A stretch of DNA of 64,000 bases, taken from contig CAJFCJ010000006.1 in NCBI GenBank assembly GCA_904063045.1, positions 2,222,946-2,286,945 on the forward strand. The letters are read 5' to 3'. Below the pieces are notes generated by a model. That model saw only the letters and a list, made by a program, of their open reading frames with translations, was not told the origin of the DNA and ran no database searches. Position numbers and translations under genes: made by a program. Shown in pieces: positions 52,764 through 64,000 of the stretch. Source of the DNA: Dimorphilus gyrociliatus. Its lineage: Eukaryota > Animalia > Annelida. The stretch's first letter is position 1. Every line of letters begins with the position of its first letter.

Positions 52764-53888
52764 ATGCCAATCCATCGAAGATTGTGTGAGCCTATGAATT
52801 GTGTTCATTTTCATATATCGGATCCGGTTCCTTCTGAGCTCTTGACCAAAGAAGAACTAAATGTTTTTATGACTCTATTTCATAAAATCCAGTACGCTCT
52901 TGAGAAAGAAGAAAGAGAGGAAGGTGGTGAAGTTTTTAAGAAGCCAGTGAACCAAGCTAGTACCAAGCCAGTGAAGAGAAAGTACAGAAGCTCTACTCAT
53001 GATGATAGCAGCTGCGAAGACGATATTAACTATGTAAAGCCAAAGAAAAAACTCTATGAACGAGATTTTAGACCTCGAAAGAATTCAGGTAAGGTTCTCT
53101 TATACTTTTGTTGATGAGACGAAAATGAAATGCCAACAGATGACAGGAGTTCATCGGTTACGGCCAATTTTTTTGAAAGTGGAATGATTTTGGATAATTA
53201 TTCAAGAGAGGATAATTGTAAAGACGGTATATAACCCGTTGAAGTTAATTTTACAATCTTATATTAATTATCAACTCTTACTTTTTCAGAAGAGTCATCT
53301 TCAACCGCCACCTTTTTTGAAAATGGAATGCTTTTAGATGAAAACCAAAGGAAATCTGTTGAAAAAGCTGACAGTAAAGATTCATCAGATTTATTTTATT
53401 TCATTGAGTTTTCGAATTGGTCTTTGATGGAACTTCCCGGTTCACCTGCGATATTAGTTGACGGCTATATAAAGTAAATCTATCGTTTGTGTAAATAAAT
53501 AATATTAATGAATTATCATTTTAGCGGAAATAAAGGAATGTTGGAAAAATCGTATCCTGTTGTAAAAAGGCATTCTAACAACTTTATAGAATGTTCAGAT
53601 GGATCCTTCTTTCGGCTAAACGGTGAAATGAACGCCGAAGAAGCAATAAAATCTGGTTTGTTATCAAATAATATCTTTAGGAGGAATATACATTTCGAAC
53701 TGGTTTTAGGTTTCTCGAAAGACTTAGTGGATGCATTCCTACATGGCTTTCCACCAAATTGGAAAAAGTTTATTAAGGATCATTTTAGAAGGAAAAAGGC
53801 AAAGCATAAGGAATACCAACAATCTTTGCCATATGAAGTAAAAAGGAGCCAGCGAAGACCATCCTACTGTAGAAACGATCTAACTTAA
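52764..53888 (+). CDS. SANTA-domain protein, paralog 3; exons 52764-53088, 53140-53226, 53290-53473, 53525-53655, 53710-53888
   Basis: FSNWSLME...ILVDGYING...EKSYPVVKRHSNNFIECSDGSFFRLNGEMN...GFSKDLVDAFLHGFPPNWKKFI; intron positions and phases match paralogs 1 and 2. Confidence 0.8.
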
Positions 53889-55063
53889 CTATTCTGAAAC
53901 ATATTATCATTCAACTTCATACTACTTTTGTCTTTTTATAATCTGTACTATCTTGTGTTTAAATCTTCGTTCAACACATGGAAAAGTGACGTGCAGATAT
54001 TATAACAGAAAAGTTATTGAAAAAATTGGCTTTATGAAATATTAATGTTCATTCCGGCCTGATGACTTGTTTTCACTAAATGATTTCAGACGTAGCTGAG
54101 TAATTGACAATGTTAATTAATAGTTAAATTTAAACAAAGTATCTAAAAAAATTTTGTACATTATCCTTAATTGATTAATATGCATGAGGCTAGCAATCAG
54201 ATATACGTAAGCCAAAAGACTCATTTTCAAAGAGAAGAACGGATTTGTGACTAGATCGAATTATCAATAATTGAAAAGGATAAGAGGAGAGAAAAGAACC
54301 TTTTGTAATTGATATTTATTGATTTCTCTTACGAATAGCATAAACGTATTTTTGTTTTTTAGTTAAGTGAAATTGTAAAAATTTTGCATGAGGTTAGGTT
54401 TTGTTTTCAAAAATGACATAGATGTTTTAATGACTCTTCTGGAAAGCTGATATGTTCAAAAGAGAAATAAACAAGTGGCAAAGTTAAATATAGGGAATAT
54501 GAAAATATTTCCATTAAGTATCCGAAAATTGTGTTTTTCAATGTGGCAAATATGTAGGTCATGTTGTGAATGAAAATTCCATAAGCAGTATATATCTATT
54601 AAATTGAAAGGATATAAATAGAGAAACTTTCAAGTAGGTAGAGGCTTCGGTTAATGTTTATCTGATCGTTAACTTAAAGTATTATGGTTGGTTGTAGTCG
54701 AGCAATTCGAACAAAAAGAAAACAATTTAATTTATCAATCATTTCATAAAATAAATTAAAATTCTTGTATTTCATAACTCAATAAACTTTTCAACACAAG
54801 TGCAATTACAGGCATTGAAAGATTGTTTATAAATATATATTAGAAGTCTACCCAAAAAGTAGTATTATTACGCCTCCTATAAAAATCACTTGGGTTATCG
54901 CAAATTACAGTGAAACTCTTATCTTCGTAAGTTTTTCTCTTTGGTAATAAGTTCTTTTTTCTACGTCTTTTGTTTTGAGAGAACTTTGATTGGGTCTCAG
55001 TCTCCTTAAAGTAAAACTGAAGTCGTGAGAAACTAGTATCTATTGGGTGTGTTATTTATAGCT

Positions 55064-57757
55064 TTAAAATCGGAATGGTGGTAATTGTTTGGACTTCAGT
55101 TGTACTTTAAAGTCATTTTTTAGTCTTCGATTATTCATCAGCGATTTTGACACAATTTCAACACTTGTTTTATGCTTAGGAATCATAGAGGGTTCACTTC
55201 TAACATGCAAAAGTGTTCTTGGGGGAACTGGGGTTGTTTTGGTAGGAGCACTATGGGAATTAGAGGTATTTCTGTTAACAGTCCGAACTGGTCCCAAATT
55301 AATGCTGTTTCTTTTCAAGGGTCCTCCAAATTTTCTTGCCGGAAGAGGTAATCCTCTTGAAGCCCTAATCGATCTTCTAAGAATTTCTCGTAAAGCATGA
55401 ATATCAGCGTACCCAATCCTAGGCCATGGATTACTATTTTCAATGTCAAGCGCTGACACAGCAAGAGCTCGGCCAACTTCTTCATAGTGAGTTGGAGTAT
55501 ATTTCGGAGGAAAAGATGCTGGAGGAGGTGGAGTAGCACGGCCATCGTCACCCTTTGCAGGAGGAACAGCATTTAAACCTTTACCAGAATTGTAGTTGCA
55601 CTCTAGTGTATAGCTGTGAGTAATTCCGAAAGTCTTCCAGATAGAAACTCTACCTGAACCTTCTTTTGACAGCCCGTCTCTCTTATCTCTGGTATACATA
55701 TTTTTCTCAGTAAAGTTACAGGCACTAAAATCGAAGTGAGCACTGTTGACTGCCATTAGCTTGGCATAAAGAATGTTTTTTACCTGTGTATGAAAGAATA
55801 AAAATTAATGAAAAGGTAGATGAAACTTGGACAAAATTACTTGTTCTTCTTCATCCGGCAAGTTATTTCCATATAGAAAACACCCTCTTTTAGAAGCGTG
55901 TCCATGTAAGTCAATATAAAAGGCAATTCCTGAGATTTTCTTCTCCATATCGTTATTAATTTTTCCAGTATTAATGAATAATGACCCTCCTTGATTATTA
56001 TCTTTATTATGCGAATTAATATGTTCTAAAACTCCCGAAGTACTATGTTTGTCTATCGTTAAATTTGAATGAGTATCATTAAGAACAGGAAGAGTGGTTT
56101 GCCTCTCTATAGAAGCGATAGAATTAGTTTTGCTAAATAATAACTTAGATCGGTCTAATGCTACATTTTCTTGATCAGATTTTTGTGAGCCGGAAGAAGA
56201 GCTCAAATCCTGGAGAGCAGTAGAAAAATCTTTATTTTCACACGTGGAAAGCTGATTGTCGGGTGAATTGGCATCATGATGAAAACGGATAACGGCTTTA
56301 GCAGCATAAATAGTTGGTTGGAGACTAAAATCAGGTTGAAGGTAATATCTATTTAAATTTGCTCCCCTTGAATCCGTTCTATAATGCCCCATTTTGACTC
56401 CATCAGGATTAAGTATAGGTATTAACTTGAAAACGTATTTCCTGCGCAATTGTTTGGCTCTTTCGTCGTTTTGTCGAAGTATGAGATCTAAGAAGCCGTT
56501 GAACACAAAGCTGGATGGTGTTTCACCAGGATGAACTCTGGAGCTCACAAAAAACACCCTTTTCTTTTCAAATTTCCTCGGCCTCTTCTTCGCTCCATCA
56601 GGAAAAAGATGTTCGTCAAAGACTGGTTCTAACTCTGAATGTATGCCTTCATAATCAGATATAGTTAAGAGGTCAACTCGTAGACCATCAATTGATCTAC
56701 AAATATACATAAAAAAGATAATGTACTTTGAATGGAACTCTCAATAAATTTGTTGTAAATTACCTGCACAATAATTCACGGTGATAGTAAATTTCGTTAT
56801 CTTCACGAAAGCGATCGTCCAACGATTCCAGCATTTCTTGACACTCCAAATAAGAGAAAGGATAGCAAAAAGCAAAGTAAACTGTTGGTGCAGTATTAAG
56901 AAAGCGATGGGTAAAAGTTAATCTAAAGTCATTATCAACACTCTGCCAAGTTGGACGATCCCTGATTCTTTCCCATTTTTTACCAGATTTGACTAGAGGA
57001 GCATGTCCTTGAGCGAACAATTTCCCTTGTTTATTCAAATTCATTATAGTTATTTTAATAACTTTAAGCATAGTTCCTCCCCTAACTCCAAAATGAAACC
57101 AAGATCTATATAATAATGGGTAATTATGACAAAATAGCAATAAATCATAAAAAAGGATTTTTTAAATAAATTTATAACATTGATATAATTAAGAGAGTCT
57201 TATATATAGATATAAGCACTTAAGAGCATTTATTAAGTCTTTGAATTAGTTTTTGATAGGTTTGTTTACTTTAAGTTTTCTTTTGTGCTAGTTCGTATGC
57301 ATACAAAAGGGGCGAGAGGGAAAGAAATTATCAGTAGGCATACACGTGCTAAATGCCCTGTCACTAAAATAGATTAGCAAACCAATCAATCTTAATACAA
57401 ATCTATATTTAACAGAACCTAATGAAATGGACTGGATCTTAAGATTATATGCTAGGCCAACCTGTTTCCATTTTCATATTCTGTCCCCCCACAGTCAGGT
57501 TTTGTCCATACTTGATACTCATAGTCGGCTTTGACCTCTATACTATTCGTAGCTAAAAAATATATACAATTTGTATGAAGAGATTTGAGTAGAATCGCAA
57601 AATAGCATGATTTTAATGAATCTTTTTATGAAATGTATTCAATGATATAAAATTTACCTTCGCTTTCTTCATCGCGGAGCACTTTTTCAACTCTGGCTAG
57701 ATTAGCCGAATCAAAATTTGCCAAAAATGTCAATCCACCACAGCGAAATTCAGTCAT
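55064..57757 (-). CDS. AGBL5: Cytosolic carboxypeptidase 5 (tubulin deglutamylase; multi-exon)
   Basis: [74 protein letters not shown] and [11 protein letters not shown]. Confidence 0.95.
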
Positions 57758-59067
57758 AGCATTTTCTCTCTCAGATTCTGATCTTCACTGATAAGAGATG
57801 ATTGAACGATTTTTTAATAATTGTCAAATATCTGTTCGTTGCCAAGTGTCACTGGCCTTGGATATGACCGATTAAATTTTATGCATTATAGATCATATAT
57901 CTTTCATGATTCATTCGAGGGAAATTAGCAGTTTTCGAATAATAGCTTAAATCTTCCAGTAGTTATTTTGGTTGCCATCACGTGATTAGCAGTTACAAAC
58001 CAATCACGGAGATATGGACTATTTTTTTCCCCTAATTTTCGTTGAAATATTTCCAGCTTAATTTTAATTAAGGCTTTAAAGAAGAAATAATAAATTTGAT
58101 ACATTTCATAAAAAAATTATCCGCATGTAAAATACGTAGGTAAAAAGTAGATCGGCCGGATGTAAGTGTTATTCTTACGCTGAAGTATGAAGAACAACAA
58201 AATGATTTTATGAGCAGAACAATGGTTAGATCTAGTGCTATTTGTAAAAATTGTACCGTAAGATATTCTGTATAATCTCATATAGTATACGTAAGATTTT
58301 ATTTTTTTTAAATGATAAAATTAAACGTCTATGCCATTTTATGCTCCTGAGAACTTGACGAAAAGTCCTCGTTGTACCTCCGATGTAAAGTAAAATTAGT
58401 TTCATAAATTATTTATATTTATATATGTAACCTTTATATTACTTTGATTCTATAATATTATATTTTTGAATTTACCTATAATTCACTTAGTAATAATCCG
58501 TCAGTTTGACACCGAAAAATGAATAACTAGATATATAGTGTTTATATGTATCATACATATACGCAAAAAAATCGAGGGACTAATATAAGATTTAAATTTT
58601 ATCTTGTGTTACTTTGTGATTTTATTGTATTTTTATTTGAGAAATGGTTATTTAAAAATTTATTAAATGAGCCAAACAAAGTAATGTAAAAAGTATTGAA
58701 ACAAATTATAGCGATATAAATCATCTTGGAAACCAAATATATGAAGATCGAACAGGGTTGATAACTCTCTTTGTAAACGATGATTTGAATTATTAGTCAC
58801 GGGTGTGAATTTATTTCTCTTTCTATATCGCTTATTCAATCCCCTTAATTTAAATAGATTTAATGTAGGACTTGTAGATCCTGAAAAAATCAATAAGTTT
58901 AAGAATACTTTAGCTGTTTGAACTTCTCACCAGAAACTGAAGTCTTCGTACGTTTCCTATCAGGACACGCCTCTTATGATATAATTCTATGTTGTTGGCC
59001 TCTTCTTCAAATTTGCGCCGGACCCGTCATATTTGCATATATCAGTTTTTTAAGGTTAAAATGACGG

Positions 59068-59086
59068 TTCCCGCCAAATTTTGAAA
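59068..59086. promoter_or_regulatory. Composite E2F + CHR (DREAM-type) element upstream of TBPL1
   Basis: TTCCCGCCAAA followed by TTTTGAAA within a GC-richer island about 200 bp upstream of the TRF2 ATG. Confidence 0.5.
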
Positions 59087-59280
59087 CTGTAGGCGGCGCT
59101 TCTCAAGAATCAAATGTTATTAGAGGCTGTAGCGAAAAGTAGTCATTTAAGTTGATTGTTTTGTAAAATATCTGTCAAACCTTGCCAGCTCTCTTTGTAG
59201 AACTTTGCTTGGAATTAAAGTTTAATTATTATTCTCACTCTCTTCAGACTGACACTTTAATCAAAAAAGAAGCTTGCAAA

Positions 59281-60541
59281 ATGGAAGAAGCGGATTGTTC
59301 TATTACAGCACCCAATGGAACGAACGGTCTAGCAAATGTGAAACTTGAGGAGGTGCAAGAAAATGAAGTAATTATTAAGGAGGAGGAAGCGGAACCGGAA
59401 ATAGATATCAATGTCAATAACGTCGTTTGCAGTTTCAGTACAAGATGCCACTTGAATCTCAAGCAGATTGCGATGACTGGAAGGCACGTGATTTATAAAA
59501 GAGAAAATTCCGTATGTATTATTTAATAATAGAAATATTTTCTATTAGGAGTAGTTAAATATCCGTAATTAAAAGTTGTAAAAAGTTCAGACTCAGTCAA
59601 TTATTAAAATTTGTTTTTTATTTATTTGTCATTTCAAGTAACTAACTATAATATAACATTTAACATATGTTTCTCTCTGTTTGACTTTCTTCTATCGGTA
59701 AATATGGAGTAAACAGAATAGAGACGAGCGTAACAAAACTAATTATACTATTTAATTTGCGTCCTTTTTTCACCAAAGGTTAATTGCCCTTGGTTGTTAA
59801 AATACTCGAAAAAAAAATGAAATGCCATGCAAGTTGTGTCCAAATATGTATTTGGATGCAACTTTCTGGCTATCTTCAATATTTATTCAATTTTATGCAA
59901 TAGGGTTTCATAGCATTTAGTTTGCATATGTTAAATTGAGAGCGCTTGAATTTTTTAAATAAGCTTCTAAATGAAAAATTTTTTACTCTCTTCAGATGGT
60001 CAACATGAAAATCAGGCGTCCATATTCGACAGCCTCAATTTGGTCATCGGGAAAAATTACATGTACGGGAACAACAACAGAAGAAGAAGCCAAAACAGCG
60101 GCTCGAAGATTTGCCCGCACTTTACAAAAACTCGGTTTTAGAGCTAAATTCTCCAACTTTCGAATAGTTAACGTTCTTGCAACTGTGAACCTACCATTCG
60201 GTGTCCGCTTAACGCAGTTCTCCCGCCAACATCCTAAAGAAGCTAGCTATGAACCAGAATTGCACCCAGGTGTCACTTACCGAATTAAAAAGCCTAAAGC
60301 AACTCTGAAAATTTTCAGTACAGGCAGTATTACCGTCACTGCACCTTGTATTAGCAACGTGGATGCAGCTATACAGTTTATTTATCCCCTTGTGGATGAA
60401 AATAAAATGCCGATTGATTTAGAGAGTCGAAGAATGCGAAATCCAGCTTTGAGTAGGCAATTGAAAAACTTAGATGCTGAGTTTATCGTTGACGATGATG
60501 ATCATATGAGTGACCTCAACAATGATGACGATAGTGATTAG
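59281..60541 (+). CDS. TBPL1: TBP-like factor TRF2/TLF; exons 59281-59511 and 59996-60541
   Basis: DINVNNVVCSFSTRCHLNL, TASIWSSGKITCTG, SYEPELHPGVTYRI and ATLKIFSTGSITVTAP are TRF2-type repeats. Confidence 0.95.
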
Positions 60542-61496
60542 CTATTTTTGGAAATTTACTGTTGTTCAACTTTTTTAGTGCAAGAAGCATAAAAAAAGCG
60601 TTTCTTATAAACAAATTTCTGTGTAACTGGGACTTGCATAGTCTTAACATTTTTTCATTTATAAAATCGTACGTCTAAGCTCGTTAAGTGTTACACATTA
60701 CGTATTCGTCATTATTTTAATTTTCTTTGAAGCTTTGCTTCACTGATTAAGATAAAGCGTATCATTAATAAATTTTTCAAATTTATTTTAAGATGGCAGT
60801 TGTAAACTTGAAATCTATTTTACAATAATACAATTTAAAACGGTAGAATACCATTTAAAATAGAAGTTGAATAATGTCAATCAGGATGAAACAAGCTATT
60901 TTTAGTAGGTTAATAAAAATCCTTTTTGATATTATTGGCGAAGAGAAACTGCCCACGCGATTGGTTTGTGTAAACGCTATTTATGCAATAGACATTTATA
61001 TAATATTAGAGAATATAATCAGCCTAGTTTAATATGTTTTTGAAGCAACTGTTATTAAATACTGAGTTATTAATTAGAGAAATAATAATCCTTTACTAAT
61101 TACTCTTACACCTTTATATAATTAACTAATATAAATTAAGAATCACCTCAAATAATTACATAGGTAATAATACTACATTTCCAACGATTCAAATTAATTT
61201 TTGCCATCAAACAGCCGACTTTTTGAAGTTAAAAACAGCTTACACACCAGCTTAGTATATTTTATAATCTGCATACGTTTCTACAAGGGTATGACATTAT
61301 AAGCTATCTAATTTAGTCTCATTTATTTGTTTTTTTTTTATATAGTTTTTGTATTTAAAGTTGTTTTTAGACTATGATAACTAGGTAAAAGCAATAATGA
61401 ACTGAATATTGATATTTAAAACAGGAATATTAAATAAGCTTTCTCTTTATTATTTTTCTTTAAACAATCGTCAGAATAAAAGAGTTTTTAGAGAGT

Positions 61497-61754
61497 TCAT
61501 TCCTCAGGGCGTTCTGGTGGTGGTCCACATGGTTGAAGCATTTTTTCCATATAGTTAAACTTTATTCGGGCCTTTGATTCGTTTTCGATAACAGAAAAAT
61601 AGGAAAGCAAATCGTGATGTCCAACGTAAGATGCATAAGAGTCACGGTGGTGATTAGTGACCCATTCCCATTGAGTAGAATCGGCGTGACCTGTACCGAT
61701 ATATTTGGACTGCAAATGTTCAATCTGACTATGAATATTATATCTCTCTGCCAT
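61497..61754 (-). CDS. SF3B5: Splicing factor 3B subunit 5 (single exon, 85 aa)
   Basis: MAERYNIHSQIEHLQSKYIGTGHAD...NHHRDSYASYVGH...PCGPPPERPEE. The ATG at 61754 is the real start, not the ORF-track start. Confidence 0.97.
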   Translation of the reverse strand: MAERYNIHSQIEHLQSKYIGTGHADSTQWEWVTNHHRDSYASYVGHHDLLSYFSVIENESKARIKFNYMEKMLQPCGPPPERPEE

Positions 61755-62128
61755 ATTAAAAAAAAAATTCGCACACAAAACGCCGACAATAAAAATTGCT
61801 ATTGCCAAAATGTCTCCAAGGTACTCGAATATGATTCTAAAATTTAACGGTGTCCAATTTTAAACCGAGTCTTTGCTTATTATGAAGGGCAAGCATACTT
61901 CTGATAGTTTCTATTTAGTTCCATATTTTCTTACATAAATTGATTTATCTTTGGTAGAAAGCGATCAATTACTTAAATTATTTTTAATAAATTAATGCTT
62001 AGTTTTAAAAGAGAGAAGTTTTCCACCAGTTTTCTCTTCAACACACAACTTGTAAAATTCATTTTCCGGTCTTACTATTTACCGAACAATTAAATATCGC
62101 TCTGAAGTAAAATTTATATAAAAATATA

Positions 62129-64000
62129 ATGAATAACGAGCCTCGAATCAAACCTGAGGTCTATCAAGCTATTCAAAATGTTAATTGTGAAATAATAAAT
62201 AGGACAGATAGAAAGCATCTTCGGCAACTATTGCCATGTATAGTACGGATGACTGTATGCCATCCCTTAGATTCATCTCCCTCTTGGGCAGAAAAAATTC
62301 AAGATTTTTGGCAGATTATTTACCATGATGAAAACGTTGGTGGCATTATTAGCATACTGGATATCAATTATCTAAACCTAGAAAAGGATACTGAAGCAGA
62401 GAGAAACCTATTGTAAGTTTTAGGAAAAGTTTTCACAATGTTCAATTCAATAATAGGATCTTTTGTAGTAATCACTTTAACACCCGATCATCTATTAATT
62501 CTCAAATTAAATGATACTATGACCATAAAGGTTTAAGCAGTTTGTTTATCTTGTAGGACTGGCTTATTATATTTCATAACTTGTTAACCCATACATATAT
62601 TTTTTTCATCTTTTAGCAAAAAAAATCAAGCAATACCGGATGAAAGTATTCTTCTACCATCATCGGAAGATCCCTTAATCGACTTTGATAGTGCAGACCA
62701 CGATTCAAAGGCCAGACAAATTTTAAGAGAGCTATTGAAAATTGTCTTCATTGTACAAAATAAGGTAAATACAATTCAAGAAATCTTTTTAAATCATAAT
62801 AGTTAAATGATAATGTTACAAAAAAACTAAATATTCTACAGAGCAAATCGGCCTTAACCATGTGCAAGTCTGATTTACTTGATGAAGTCAATTTCTTGCC
62901 TGATATTTTTGATATAACCGCTTGCTTGGCAACAGAACTACGGACAATTATCTCAATTCAAGACTTATGCGATATATCTATACATACTAATTATGGACCA
63001 TCGCTACTATGTAATGTACTAGCTAATCAACCTATGGCTTTTTATGAAGGTTAATCTTTGTTTTTAAAAGTATTTATAAAATGAAAAGTTATTTTTATAG
63101 CTGTTGAATTATTGATTAAAACTTGCACTTATACGCAAGATGAAACGTCCGTATTGGCAAGGAGAAGATCTCAATTAATCTTTGAATTGTGTCAGATAAA
63201 TACAAGATTAATACCAAACGTTAAAGCTCTTTGTGTAAGTATTTAAACTTCGATTTTTCTTTCAGTAAAATGATTATTACATTCGATTTTTTCAGCTATC
63301 TTTAAATAAGCTACCTTCTTTAGCTGTTAGTTGCGTCATCCATTTAGATAGTGGCCTATTCCCTTTTCTATGTTCTGTTCTCCTGTCAGAACATATTCAA
63401 ACGAAACATCTATTCAAAGAGTTTATAAAACAAGGTCTAAAGGTAAGTTATACAGCATATGCTGTATTATACTACATACAGTATATAAAAAATAACTTGA
63501 ATCATCTTTCACAGCGTCGAATGGATAATGAAAGAACAAATATGACGGGTGTATTAAGTTGTTTAAAAAGCGAGTTAGATAATATTTTAGATCAGTGTAC
63601 ACCAACGGCTATCCCTGAAAATGTTGCAATGAATGCATGTAATTTTCTAAGAGTATTTTGTATTCTAAGGGGAATAGCATCGCTAAAGTAAGCTATTCTA
63701 ATAAATATTACATTCCCCCATAAGTTCTATTCTCACTTTACTTTAGGTTAAATGACGTTGATCAACAAGCAATACTTCAGCTAATTTGTAAAAGGCAACC
63801 ATATACATTTCAAGGAAATAGATTAGCATCTGTTGGGATTTGCACACTAATGGTTTGTCCAACATTAATCAAGTAAGTAATTGAATAATTTTGTTTAAAT
63901 GATCAATTTATTCATTAATATAATTTTAATGTTCTATTATAATCTTTACAGTCAAAAAGCTCAAGAAAAATTAGTTATAGATTGGATTAAATGGCTTACA
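62129..64000 (+). CDS. INTS2: Integrator complex subunit 2, 5' part (runs off the window)
   Basis: VYQAIQNV...LRQLLPCIVRM..CHPLDSSPSWA...IISILDINYLNLEKD resembles the remembered INTS2 N-terminus; a helical-repeat-like multi-exon frame continues to the window end. Confidence 0.8.

Noticed and set aside
58663-58893. 76-aa minus-strand ORF between AGBL5 and TRF2
   Set aside because: Its start lies in an apparent intron, and the upstream exon has a stop in that frame with no ATG; treated as non-coding.

Overview
AT-rich, gene-dense eukaryotic (metazoan) DNA with very short GT-AG introns (mostly about 50-65 nt) and many head-to-head gene pairs. This fits a miniaturised invertebrate genome; a lophotrochozoan such as the annelid Dimorphilus is a guess, not verified. 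No CRISPR array, rRNA, tRNA or recognisable transposon was seen. Genes in order: CNC-bZIP (Nrf2-like), SRPRA, AKNA-domain protein, HRG1/SLC48A1, CCDC103, MED18, EFCAB7, DLGAP5/HURP, USE1, IMPDH, BTBD17-like, CDK10, NDUFS6, a roughly 6-kb non-coding stretch leading into a SERTA-domain gene, CCDC25, a single-domain ACE, an orphan coiled-coil ORF, three tandem SANTA-domain (KNL2/M18BP1-type) paralogs, AGBL5, TBPL1/TRF2, SF3B5 and the 5' part of INTS2. All gene names come from remembered family motifs, not database searches. Top observations: (1) ACE has two tandem 125-nt versions of its HEMGH active-site exon; they look mutually exclusive and differ at the position matching human ACE C-domain F391 / N-domain Y369. 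(2) Three small SANTA proteins share an N-terminal C-x4-C-x-H-x-H module I do not recognise and have no visible SANT/Myb domain. (3) NDUFS6 has lost two of its four zinc ligands. (4) The 8-mer ATAGACGC is densely clustered upstream of the SERTA gene.
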